Source of the DNA: a virus
Length of the DNA stretch: 64,000 nt
IMG/VR virus record: IMGVR_UViG_3300050821_001227
Coordinates: 1 to 64,000 of that record
Strand: one strand, 5' to 3'
This document shows positions 36,674 through 45,139 of the stretch, one piece after another (positions within the stretch are counted from its first letter, which is position 1; each line of letters begins with the position of its first letter). Under the pieces are notes generated by a model, which did not search any database, was not told the origin of the DNA, and saw only the letters and a list, made by a program, of their open reading frames with translations. Both the position numbers and the translations under genes were made by a program.

Positions 36674-38641
36674 ATGACGGGTTATAGTCCCGCAATTAAC
36701 AATCAGTCGAACCTCCCGCAATCGACTGTGAAGTATTCATAGTACTTCTCCCTAGCATTCGATTGCGTAGTAAATGTATGACAAGAAGTTCAGGGAAAAC
36801 TTGAAGGCCCAGACTCCCTTCGTGGCTTGTTCAGAACGTTTGGATTTGCCGATGAAGTCTGGTAACCAGTATGAGATTTCAGAAACATGATAGTCCCATA
36901 CAGTTTAAAATCTTGCTAAATCGGTGAAGGTCTGTTAAAATCAGATAATACCGAGGAAACTTGTGAAACGAAAGACAGCACAGTACATGGCGGGACTTAT
37001 GGACGCGGAAGGAATGTTCGACATCGAACGTGCCTTCAGAAGCGATGATAGGAACTGCTACAACTATACCGTAAAGATTGTGCTTACCAATACAAATATT
37101 GCCCTGATGAAGTGGGCCGTTAAGTACTTTGGGGGCGTTTACAAAAAGCGCAAACCTGAGGTTGGTAAGAAACAAGCTTATGATTGGATAATCTCTAATC
37201 AGAAGCACGGGCTGTCGTTCATCTCCCAAATATTTCCGTTCCTTGTGGTCAAAAGAGCAGAAGCACAAACGTTAGTTGACTACTATGCCATGTATGGCAA
37301 AGAGTTTCCAGAACGACGTGAACAACTGTTCTTCAAAAACAAAGAATTGAAATGGGACAAAAGTTCCGTAACGACTGACATGCAAGATATCTCTAATGCT
37401 TATGCGGCAGGGTTTGTAGATGGCGACGGGAGTATAGACACTCCGCACCGTTTAGCAGTATCCAACGCATGCAAAGTCTTGATTGATTTGTTCAAAGCAA
37501 CGTATGGCGGGTCGTATTATTTGGATGTCCGTGAGGAACCAAATCAAAACGATTCTCACGTGTGGTATCTTTCTAATCCTACAAAGGTTGAAAAGATAGT
37601 GCTTTCGTGGCTGCCATACTTGATTGATAAACATCATCGAGGCGAACAGGTGCTAAAACGCCTGCGAGATAAAGATACAGTCTGAACTAACGGGCGACCG
37701 TTAGAGTGAACCTGACGGAAGTCAGGGTTACGAAGCCGTTCTGGTTTCGTATTCATCCAAAACACAGTTGGTTCATGTACGTTCCGTTGGCAGCCAACAC
37801 TTCGACCACCGTTGAAGGAACCGTTGGGACTTCCATTCCGGTCAGCGTGCTGAACACCACCGCTGTCATCGGCGAATACGCCGACTACGCTAACTTCTCC
37901 TCGCTGTCTTTGGCCACTGCCATCGACAACACCGTCGAGAACGTCGCGAAGGAACTGTCGTACCGCTTGGGCGAGTCTTTGAGCGCTCTGGTTCGTGCGA
38001 CCGCAGACGGCGCGTCCGCCATCGACTCCAGCGTGCTTGTTGAACTGGGTGCTACCAGCACTTCCAGCTTCACCGCTCTGTCTTTGAGCCAAATCCGTAA
38101 CTCTGTCCAGTCTCTGGCAGGTCGTTCGGTTCGGCCCTTCGATGAAGCAAGCAAAGCATTCTGCGGTGTCATCCATCCGTTCGCCCTTGGCGACGTTCTG
38201 GCTGACAACAGCAACGATTCGCCGCTCGACATGTTGAAGCACACCCCCGTGGGTATGGCCAAGATGGAAGAGTTGGTGAGCGTTGATCTGACCGAGGTCA
38301 TTGAATTGCCCGCTTCTGGCGTGCATTTCTTCCAGACCAACCAGATCACCACGACTTCGAACTATCAGACTGTCACTGGTCTGACGGCTCTCCGCACCTA
38401 CATCTTCGGGCGCGATGGTATCTACTCCATCAACCTTGGAGCACAGGGCGACACCGGGTTCGGCGACGGTGAATGGCAGAACATTAAGTGCAACATCAAG
38501 CAGAACGTTGAACCCAGCGTTGCTGACCCCGAAGGACTCATCCCCGGATGGACTTCGTATCGTGTGCACTTCACCACGTCTCTCGGACCTGACACGACCA
38601 TTCGCCAGCGCCAGATCGACGCGGCTAGCGCCATTTCCTAA
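36674..38641 (+). CDS. major capsid protein, spliced join(36674-36736,36777-36877,37771-38641), 344 aa
   Basis: joined exons read ...STVKYYDKKFRENLK...SGNQYEMFMYVPLAANT...VIHPF...; position after scaffold; resembles N4-gp56-like capsids. Confidence 0.85.
36737..36776 (+). other. 40-nt coreless group-I-like mini-intron
   Basis: P1 GAAGUAU/GUACUUC with U.G at the 5' site; P10 UCAUA/UAUGA; terminal G; carries in-frame stop; removal restores the frame. Confidence 0.75.
36878..37770 (+). mobile_element. group I intron carrying a LAGLIDADG homing endonuclease
   Basis: P1 UAUGAGAU/GUCCCAUA (U.G); P3 36910-16/37382-88; P4 UCGGUGAA...AAUACCGAG; P7 GUAACGACUG/AAGAUACAGUC; P9.0 AACU/AGUU; terminal G at 37770. 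Confidence 0.92.
36963..37685 (+). CDS. double-motif LAGLIDADG homing endonuclease
   Basis: YMAGLMDAEG and YAAGFVDGDG. Confidence 0.92.
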   Translation: MKRKTAQYMAGLMDAEGMFDIERAFRSDDRNCYNYTVKIVLTNTNIALMKWAVKYFGGVYKKRKPEVGKKQAYDWIISNQKHGLSFISQIFPFLVVKRAEAQTLVDYYAMYGKEFPERREQLFFKNKELKWDKSSVTTDMQDISNAYAAGFVDGDGSIDTPHRLAVSNACKVLIDLFKATYGGSYYLDVREEPNQNDSHVWYLSNPTKVEKIVLSWLPYLIDKHHRGEQVLKRLRDKDTV

Positions 38642-38649
38642 AGGAATCT

Positions 38650-39120
38650 ATGGCACTAAAAAACGTACCCAAGTCTCCTGAGCACCGCGCCAAGCTTATT
38701 CAAGTTTTGGAGCGTACTTGGGAGAATAGACCTAACAAGCACAAGATTCAAGCGATTGATAAAGTCGCAATGACTGGCTGCTGTGTCACCTGTGGTCAAG
38801 TTCCTTTGAAAGTAGTACGTCATCGGAACAACAAGCAGGGATATGTTAGAGACCAGTATCTATGCTGGGTCGGTTCGCTACGAAGCGGCGAAGCACAAGT
38901 TTCCTATGCGGGTCAGGCACTAGAAATGCTTGACTCGCAGAAGGGTAACTGCGCTTTGTGCGAACAGCCTCTTGACCGTTTTGACATGGTTTTAGATCAC
39001 GACCATGAAACGAAACTCATTCGCGGGTTTCTTCATCAAAACTGTAACAAAGGGCTAGGCATGCTTGGAGATAATCCGAGCATTCTCAAACGAGCCATCG
39101 ACTACCTAACAAAGAAATAG
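38650..39120 (+). CDS. endonuclease VII-family HNH protein
   Basis: QKGNCALC...LDHDHET..IRGFLHQNCNKGLG. Confidence 0.88.
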   Translation: MALKNVPKSPEHRAKLIQVLERTWENRPNKHKIQAIDKVAMTGCCVTCGQVPLKVVRHRNNKQGYVRDQYLCWVGSLRSGEAQVSYAGQALEMLDSQKGNCALCEQPLDRFDMVLDHDHETKLIRGFLHQNCNKGLGMLGDNPSILKRAIDYLTKK

Positions 39121-39139
39121 ACAACGAAAGGACATCAAC

Positions 39140-39697
39140 ATGGCAGATACACAAGAATCGTATCCTACCCCGACTACGGGGAAAAACCTGCCTCTCTTCA
39201 TGGAACTGTCGGGTCAGGGCGTAACGAACGCCAACCCTCAGACGGGTTCGGGCGCTTTGGTCGGTGGAAACAACACCTACAAAGTCACCCTGTCCGTTGC
39301 CAATTCCCAGAAGGCGAATGTGTCGGCGACCGTTGTTGTGACGGTGAACTTGTTTGACCTTGCGGGAACTGCGCAAGGCATCAAGAGTTCCGTTACCGCA
39401 GTGTCGTACAATGCCGCTCCGACCAGTTCGAGCGGGACGCAGGAATCGTACCCGGCCCCTCTCACCACCATTGGCGAGATTGCGACCGTGGGAACGGTGT
39501 CGTACTCAGCTTCGGCTGGCACGGCCACCATTACCCCCATCACTCCGGGGCAAGCAGTTGTGGAGTTCGAGTATCCGTTCGGTCTGAATGCGAACAACAC
39601 CGCAGCCGTCGAACCGGGGCCGCAACCCGGTGGCGCTCTCGGGTTCCAGCAGAACGACATGGTGTACTCCCAAATCCTAGTCCAAGTTATCCCTTGA
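39140..39697 (+). CDS. putative capsid decoration/Ig-like protein
   Basis: Thr/Ala/Val-rich beta protein after capsid gene. Confidence 0.55.
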   Translation: MADTQESYPTPTTGKNLPLFMELSGQGVTNANPQTGSGALVGGNNTYKVTLSVANSQKANVSATVVVTVNLFDLAGTAQGIKSSVTAVSYNAAPTSSSGTQESYPAPLTTIGEIATVGTVSYSASAGTATITPITPGQAVVEFEYPFGLNANNTAAVEPGPQPGGALGFQQNDMVYSQILVQVIP

Positions 39698-39741
39698 GGA
39701 TTTGGGATTCACAAGATTCACAGACGTTATAAACCTGTGGA

Positions 39742-39785
39742 GAGGGGCTGTTCGAGCAGTCCCTCACTTCTTCTCGAAAGGAAGT
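39742..39785 (+). promoter_or_regulatory. kissing-loop RBS element C
   Basis: loops UUCGAG / CUCGAA. Confidence 0.85.
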
Positions 39786-39787
39786 AC

Positions 39788-40252
39788 ATGAAACACGAAA
39801 CAGAAGCAGAACGTTTGGCGTATAACGCCTATTACCGAAACTATCGCAAGCAGTGGTCTCCTGAGATGAAGGAGAAAGAACGGCAGCGTAAGCGAGATTG
39901 GATTGCAGCACATCCAGAGCAGCATCGTACAAACACTCGTCGTGCTGCGCGAAAGCGCCGGATTATAATTCAAGCGCATCCCGAGTTTCAAAAAGCAGCA
40001 CAGGTTCAGTTCAACCATTCAATAAGTCTGGAAGAATATGAATGTAGGCTGCGCGACCAAGGCGGCATTTGCCGTCTTTGTAATAAGCCGTTCACGGACG
40101 ATAATCCTCCCGTGCTCGACCACAATCACGACACTGCGCAGTTGCGAGATTTTATCCATCGGCAATGTAATGCGGCTCTTGGATTATTTAAAGACAGTGT
40201 TGAGGTTTGCAAGTTGGCCGCTGAATATTTAGAGCGGCACAGTAGAGGATGA
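39788..40252 (+). CDS. endonuclease VII-family HNH protein
   Basis: QGGICRLC...LDHNHDT..LRDFIHRQCNAALG. Confidence 0.88.
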   Translation: MKHETEAERLAYNAYYRNYRKQWSPEMKEKERQRKRDWIAAHPEQHRTNTRRAARKRRIIIQAHPEFQKAAQVQFNHSISLEEYECRLRDQGGICRLCNKPFTDDNPPVLDHNHDTAQLRDFIHRQCNAALGLFKDSVEVCKLAAEYLERHSRG

Positions 40253-40272
40253 ATCTCTGGGAGGAGAAGATC

Positions 40273-40575
40273 ATGGACGGTGAGGAGTACGTCATGGCGC
40301 AGCAGATTATTGCTGGCCAAAAAAGTTTGGTTGTACAGGCGTTAGAAGAAACGGTCGAAGAGTTGCGCGGCGAGATTGAGTTTCTTAAAGAGGAAAACAA
40401 GCGGCTGCGAAATGTTTCCAAAGCAACGCGCATGACCAACCGCAAGGTTAGAGCCGACGTGAAGGCTTTGGTCGATCAAGTCGAAGAGATGGGACAACAT
40501 ATCATGGACATCGCCGTCGAAGAGGCGGCACAAGAGGATTTGGGCAGCACGTCCGCTTCGGAACCGACGACTTAG
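40273..40575 (+). CDS. coiled-coil hypothetical protein
   Basis: GGAGGAG SD, heptad pattern. Confidence 0.6.
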   Translation: MDGEEYVMAQQIIAGQKSLVVQALEETVEELRGEIEFLKEENKRLRNVSKATRMTNRKVRADVKALVDQVEEMGQHIMDIAVEEAAQEDLGSTSASEPTT

Positions 40576-40746
40576 CCATCATACGAATCGTCAGTTCATG
40601 GTTGGACACAAGGACACGTACACGAAGGCCAAGGGTACGGCGTCGGTCGGCACCTGTTGTGGGAAGTCATGAGCCCCGGAGGACCGATTCTCAAATAATG
40701 GCGTAAGGCTCTAATTCTTAAGAGCCTGCTTAGGAAGAGGAGCCTA

Positions 40747-41463
40747 ATGCCATCAAACAAAGATTTATTGGCGCAACGCGCCGAAGAACAAGCAGAGTTC
40801 AACAAGCAGGTTGACCTACTGCCGATGCCCGAATTGACAGATGAACAAATTGCTCGTACCCAAGGGACGAGAAAGTCAGAAAAAGCCCCGTGGGAGACTT
40901 ATAACGAGCAGATGACAGAGACGCTTGACCCGGAGCTAGAAGCGGCCATCGCAGAGTTCGCTTCGCATGACCCGCACGGGCACACCGATTCCCAGACGCA
41001 AGAAGAACTCTGTCGAATCAAAGAAGAGAACGACAACCTCGCACGGGACTACCAATGGTTGAGTCCGGACGAGTACGAAGATGAGAAGGCCCGCATAGGC
41101 CGCATCATGCACTCCTCGGAGCTAATCAAAAAGCTGACCGAAGAATGCCGTTTGAACGCACGGTACAAGTCCCACCCACAGCCAAAGCGTATCACGCTTC
41201 TGGTTGATATTACCCAAGGCATAAAAGGCATGGAAGTTGCCTGTTGGGTACAGTTCGGGTACATGCCAGAGTTCAGCATCTGCAATTTCGATGACCACGG
41301 AGTTGTATTGCAGGAGGCATATCGCGGCTGGCGCACAGTGTTGCTCCAGTTGCTGGTCAAACGCATGATTGACGAGGAAACAATCAATCGCGTGTTCGGA
41401 GAAGCGGTTGGTCCGGCATCAAGGAAATATAACCAACTCGTGCAAGGATTTAGAAAGGGCTGA
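40747..41463 (+). CDS. hypothetical protein
   Basis: 238 aa, GAGGAG SD, RGWRTVLLQL. Confidence 0.7.
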   Translation: MPSNKDLLAQRAEEQAEFNKQVDLLPMPELTDEQIARTQGTRKSEKAPWETYNEQMTETLDPELEAAIAEFASHDPHGHTDSQTQEELCRIKEENDNLARDYQWLSPDEYEDEKARIGRIMHSSELIKKLTEECRLNARYKSHPQPKRITLLVDITQGIKGMEVACWVQFGYMPEFSICNFDDHGVVLQEAYRGWRTVLLQLLVKRMIDEETINRVFGEAVGPASRKYNQLVQGFRKG

Positions 41464-41474
41464 GGAGACCCCAT

Positions 41475-42155
41475 ATGAGCAACGTCAACAATCAAGAAGA
41501 TATCAACGAAGTACACAAAGTAGTCGCAAAAGTCATCAAAGAACAGACCCCGGCACAAGCCGAGCGCGTCGAAATCGTCCGAGCCATATCCGAGATGTCC
41601 ACGGAGGAAATCAACCGGGAACTGGCGGCGAAAGAACTGCAACTGAAGCGCCTCGAATTGATGGAGCGCGAAGCCAACTTGGAAGACATCCGAGAACGTC
41701 TCGCGGACCGCAAGCTGAAGCGTAAGAGCCAAGGCGATGTGTTCCGTGGCCACGGTCAGAACCTGAAGCAGGGTGCGATTAACCGCGTAGCGAAGCAGAC
41801 GATCTGTAACCACCGCAAAGGTGGAGACGGCGCGAATGGCGTCATCGGCGGACAAGGCGATGACATGCAGTACGCGATTCTGCGGCACATCATGGGCAAT
41901 GGCGACATTTGGATTCGCTGCCTGCGCTGCGGCAAGACTTGGAAGCGACCGCTTCTGAACGGAAGAACCGAAGCCGAAATGAAGGCTTCAGCGGAATGGG
42001 CCGAGTACGATTTGATGCTACGCGCTCAGACCCGAAACCACACGTCAGGCACGCATACGTTCCAATGGGGCGTAGTGCAAAATGCCGAGACAGGCAAGTT
42101 GGAAGGCGGGCCAGAGTTCTACAGAGAGAAAATGAAATCTGTGACTTTGGAGTAA
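41475..42155 (+). CDS. coiled-coil plus zinc-finger protein
   Basis: CNHRKGG...CLRCGK. Confidence 0.7.
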   Translation: MSNVNNQEDINEVHKVVAKVIKEQTPAQAERVEIVRAISEMSTEEINRELAAKELQLKRLELMEREANLEDIRERLADRKLKRKSQGDVFRGHGQNLKQGAINRVAKQTICNHRKGGDGANGVIGGQGDDMQYAILRHIMGNGDIWIRCLRCGKTWKRPLLNGRTEAEMKASAEWAEYDLMLRAQTRNHTSGTHTFQWGVVQNAETGKLEGGPEFYREKMKSVTLE

Positions 42156-42170
42156 TCGCCCACGAAGTAA

Positions 42171-42210
42171 AGAGGGATGGGCACAAACGCTCGTCCCTCT
42201 ATTTTTTATT
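42171..42210 (+). terminator. intrinsic terminator
   Basis: AGAGGGATGGGC-acaaac-GCTCGTCCCTCT then T-tract. Confidence 0.7.
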
Positions 42211-42219
42211 GGAGACAAC

Positions 42220-43551
42220 ATGACAGGTCAAAATTCCACCATCACGCTACAAGATATTTCGGACCAAGCGAGTTCCTTTGGAGACATAGCTCCCGCACTG
42301 GCAACAGGCGGTTACTCGACGCAGCCCGCCCAAAGCATCGCGAACGACGTGATGACGGCATTCCTGCAAGGTACAGGGGACGGCAACCCGTTCAACTGGA
42401 AGTTCAACAGCTTCAACGTCACACCGTTCTACACGATTAGTCTTCAGCAGGACTATTTCGTACCCGGCGTCGTGAACTTGGGCTGGCTCGAATCCTCGTA
42501 TGCGATCAACATCAACCAGACGAGCAATCCGAAGCAGAAGTTGTATCAGGAAGTTCACCGTGCGGAGGAAGTCACCTTCGACCAGACAGGATACCCCGGC
42601 AAGATTTGTTGGATGCAGAATGATACGATGCAGTCAGGTACATGGGGACAAACGCAGTTGGCGTCACCCAGCGGCCTGCTGAACCCCGGCGTAGGAGTTG
42701 AGTATATCAACCCGGCTGGCGCTCCGCAGAACCCGACCAACCCGACAACCTGCATCACGGACCCTTACGGCAACCTCTGGGCTGTGACGTTCGGTGTCAA
42801 TCAGGCAACCGCGACATGCGGAACCTTCAATCCGTTCAAACCTATTGTGACGGCGACTTCGGTCACCAGCAATGTAATTACGGTCACGGCGCAGCACAGT
42901 TTGTCTGTCGGTACGCAGGTCAAGCTGCAAGGCACCGCCGAGTCTGGCGTCAACGGCCAACTGTTGACCATCGCTACTGTCATCGGAAGCGCTCCTAACT
43001 ACACAGGCTTTACGGCAGCGCTGACCATCGGCAACTACAGCAACGCTTCAGATACGGGCAATGTTCAGATCGTGCCCGCATACCCGGTGTATCAGGCCGG
43101 GAATCCTTCAGTCTCTAGCACCGTGGCGACCACGGTTGCTGATGGCACTGTTGTTTGGACAGCGGTCAACCCAAAGGGTCAAGGATTCAGATTGAGTCCC
43201 ATCCCTCCCAACAGCGGAGTCGTTTGGCAGGTCAACCCGGTCGCGCAGATGCGCGTACCGCGCTTCAGTTCGATGCAGCAGACTCTCGAACCGATTCCTG
43301 ATGACTGGGAGATGTTCTTCAAGAACGGCTTCTACGCACAATGCTATCGGCACAGTCCGGACCCGAAGGTTCGTCTGAAGTTCAAAGACGAATGGGCGCT
43401 GTTTATGCAGTCGCTCGACAACGCAGTCAAGCAAGGACAGCGTGAGACAGACGATTTTGGATTTTACCCCGGATCACCGGGCGTTATGGACACTGGGTTT
43501 TGCATCAATCCTGTTAATCCCGCGTGGCCGTACGGCCCTTATTGGGGCTAG
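42220..43551 (+). CDS. putative head-tail adaptor/virion protein
   Basis: PFNWKFN and PIPDDW motifs shared with 47698-48651. Confidence 0.6.
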   Translation: MTGQNSTITLQDISDQASSFGDIAPALATGGYSTQPAQSIANDVMTAFLQGTGDGNPFNWKFNSFNVTPFYTISLQQDYFVPGVVNLGWLESSYAININQTSNPKQKLYQEVHRAEEVTFDQTGYPGKICWMQNDTMQSGTWGQTQLASPSGLLNPGVGVEYINPAGAPQNPTNPTTCITDPYGNLWAVTFGVNQATATCGTFNPFKPIVTATSVTSNVITVTAQHSLSVGTQVKLQGTAESGVNGQLLTIATVIGSAPNYTGFTAALTIGNYSNASDTGNVQIVPAYPVYQAGNPSVSSTVATTVADGTVVWTAVNPKGQGFRLSPIPPNSGVVWQVNPVAQMRVPRFSSMQQTLEPIPDDWEMFFKNGFYAQCYRHSPDPKVRLKFKDEWALFMQSLDNAVKQGQRETDDFGFYPGSPGVMDTGFCINPVNPAWPYGPYWG

Positions 43552-43553
43552 TG

Positions 43554-43633
43554 TGGTATAATATTATCGCAGTGTCGCACATTGCGGTAGGGAGCACGAC
43601 TTTCAACGTGCTCCCGTTCTTTTGAAAGGGAAC
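43554..43633 (+). promoter_or_regulatory. extended -10 promoter plus kissing-loop RBS element D
   Basis: TGgTATAAT at 43554-62; loops UUUCAA / UUGAAA. Confidence 0.8.
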
Positions 43634-43635
43634 AA

Positions 43636-44133
43636 ATGACTGAAAGATTCATAGGTCCGCACCGTAAATCGGGGCGTAGACCGAGACTACAGTGCAAGCA
43701 CGGGCACGCGATGACGGCAGACAATCTATACGTCTACAATTCTCCGCAAGGATATGTTGTACGAGAGTGCAAAATCTGTGTCACCGATAAGAACCATACA
43801 CGCCATCAGCAGCTTCGCGAAAATCATTTGAATCGCAACTTCAATATCACGCAAACACGATACGATGCTTTGCTCTCGGAGCAGGGCGGCAAGTGTAAGA
43901 TTTGTGGAACGACGGAGCCCGGTGGTATGGGAGCGTTTCATATCGACCATGCCCACTCATGTTGTCCCGGCAAGAAGTGTTGCGGCAAGTGCATACGCGG
44001 ACTGCTTTGTCGTAGATGCAACGACATGCTTGGTAAAGTTGCGGATAGTATAGAAGTGCTGAAGGCAATGATTGCCTACTTGGAGAGTTTCAAATGCAAC
44101 ACAACATCTTCGCTTTCACCGACATTGGTCTAG
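43636..44133 (+). CDS. endonuclease VII-family HNH protein
   Basis: CKHGH; QGGKCKICG...IDHAHSCC...IRGLLCRRCN. Confidence 0.9.
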   Translation: MTERFIGPHRKSGRRPRLQCKHGHAMTADNLYVYNSPQGYVVRECKICVTDKNHTRHQQLRENHLNRNFNITQTRYDALLSEQGGKCKICGTTEPGGMGAFHIDHAHSCCPGKKCCGKCIRGLLCRRCNDMLGKVADSIEVLKAMIAYLESFKCNTTSSLSPTLV

Positions 44134-44309
44134 CCCCGCAGTTTCTCTCAATAAATCACAACGGAGAAGGCCGCTTTGAGGTAATAGCACGGTCCGCTCC
44201 CATGGGCGATGAGGCGTATGGCGCGACGGCAGCCGTTGTGTTGAATGCCAAACAACTTCGTGAACTGGCTGAGACGCTGTTCTCCTTCGCATGCACGAGC
44301 GGAGCCTGA
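44094..44309 (+). CDS. hypothetical protein
   Basis: GGAG SD, 71 aa. Confidence 0.5.
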   Translation: MQHNIFAFTDIGLAPQFLSINHNGEGRFEVIARSAPMGDEAYGATAAVVLNAKQLRELAETLFSFACTSGA

Positions 44310-44310
44310 C

Positions 44311-44565
44311 ATGACGCAATTCAACAAACCGTTATATGAGCAATCGTGTCCGATTTGCGGGGACAATTGCTCGGGTAAGAAGCAAACAGCCGCAGACCAC
44401 TGCCACGCCACATTGAGGTTTCGAGCAATCATTTGTCAAGCCTGCAATGTTGCACTTGGTGCGGCACGGGAGCGTGCCGAGTTGCTTGGAGACGGCGCAT
44501 TGGGGAAGTATGTTCGGCAGCATAGTCTGCCAAGGGAGAACGCATATGCCGTTGGGCAAGGTTAA
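44311..44565 (+). CDS. minimal or truncated EndoVII-type protein
   Basis: CPICG...DHCHAT..FRAIICQACNVALG. Confidence 0.7.
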   Translation: MTQFNKPLYEQSCPICGDNCSGKKQTAADHCHATLRFRAIICQACNVALGAARERAELLGDGALGKYVRQHSLPRENAYAVGQG

Positions 44566-45130
44566 TTCTGGAGACTATCGTAACGGAAATCCTGTGACGT
44601 GGACTCCATCACCAACGCACTTTGGCACCCCGGTTTCAAATCCCGAGCCGCAAGGCAACGTGATTCCGCAATCGAATGCTACGCTAGACGGCAATCCAGT
44701 GACGTGGACGCCAAGTCCTAAGCACTTCGGCAATACGGTTGAATTTTCACTGCAACCGGTGCCACCCATCGTTATCGTTGAGGCTGGCGGGTCTGGGTCA
44801 GTCAACATAAACTTGACCCAACTTTTGGACTCTCCCACGGCCACACTAACGTACACGGGAGCACCTGTCGGTGTTACAATTTCTTTCGCGCCCAATCCTG
44901 ACACTGGAACAAGTGTTGCGGAGATTACGGTCGCGGCTTCCGTCCCTGTCGGAAAATACACCATCGAGGTAGACGGAGCAGGAGCGCAAGAAACAAACCA
45001 CACAAACATTCACCTTGTTGTTGTGGGCACAAGTGTTCCGGGCGAAGCCTTTGGCTTCTTGCTTGAAAATGGATCGGGTGTGCTTCTGTTGGAAGACGGC
45101 ACCATACTCTTGCTGGAAAATCAGAGTTAA
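44546..45130 (+). CDS. virion protein with Ig-like domain
   Basis: duplicated GNPVTWTPSPxHFG; PVGVTISFAPNP; LLENG..LLLEDG tail. Confidence 0.65.
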   Translation: MPLGKVNSGDYRNGNPVTWTPSPTHFGTPVSNPEPQGNVIPQSNATLDGNPVTWTPSPKHFGNTVEFSLQPVPPIVIVEAGGSGSVNINLTQLLDSPTATLTYTGAPVGVTISFAPNPDTGTSVAEITVAASVPVGKYTIEVDGAGAQETNHTNIHLVVVGTSVPGEAFGFLLENGSGVLLLEDGTILLLENQS

Positions 45131-45139
45131 GGAGAATTT

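Noticed and set aside
37706-37770. ORF-track start of the capsid protein (MNLTEV...)
   Set aside because: This is the intron P9 region; the real N-terminus comes from exons at 36674 and 36777.
27210-40580. Recurrent TAGCCAT near stop codons
   Set aside because: A 7-mer is expected about four times per strand by chance in 64 kb and partly derives from TAG stops; no wider consensus.
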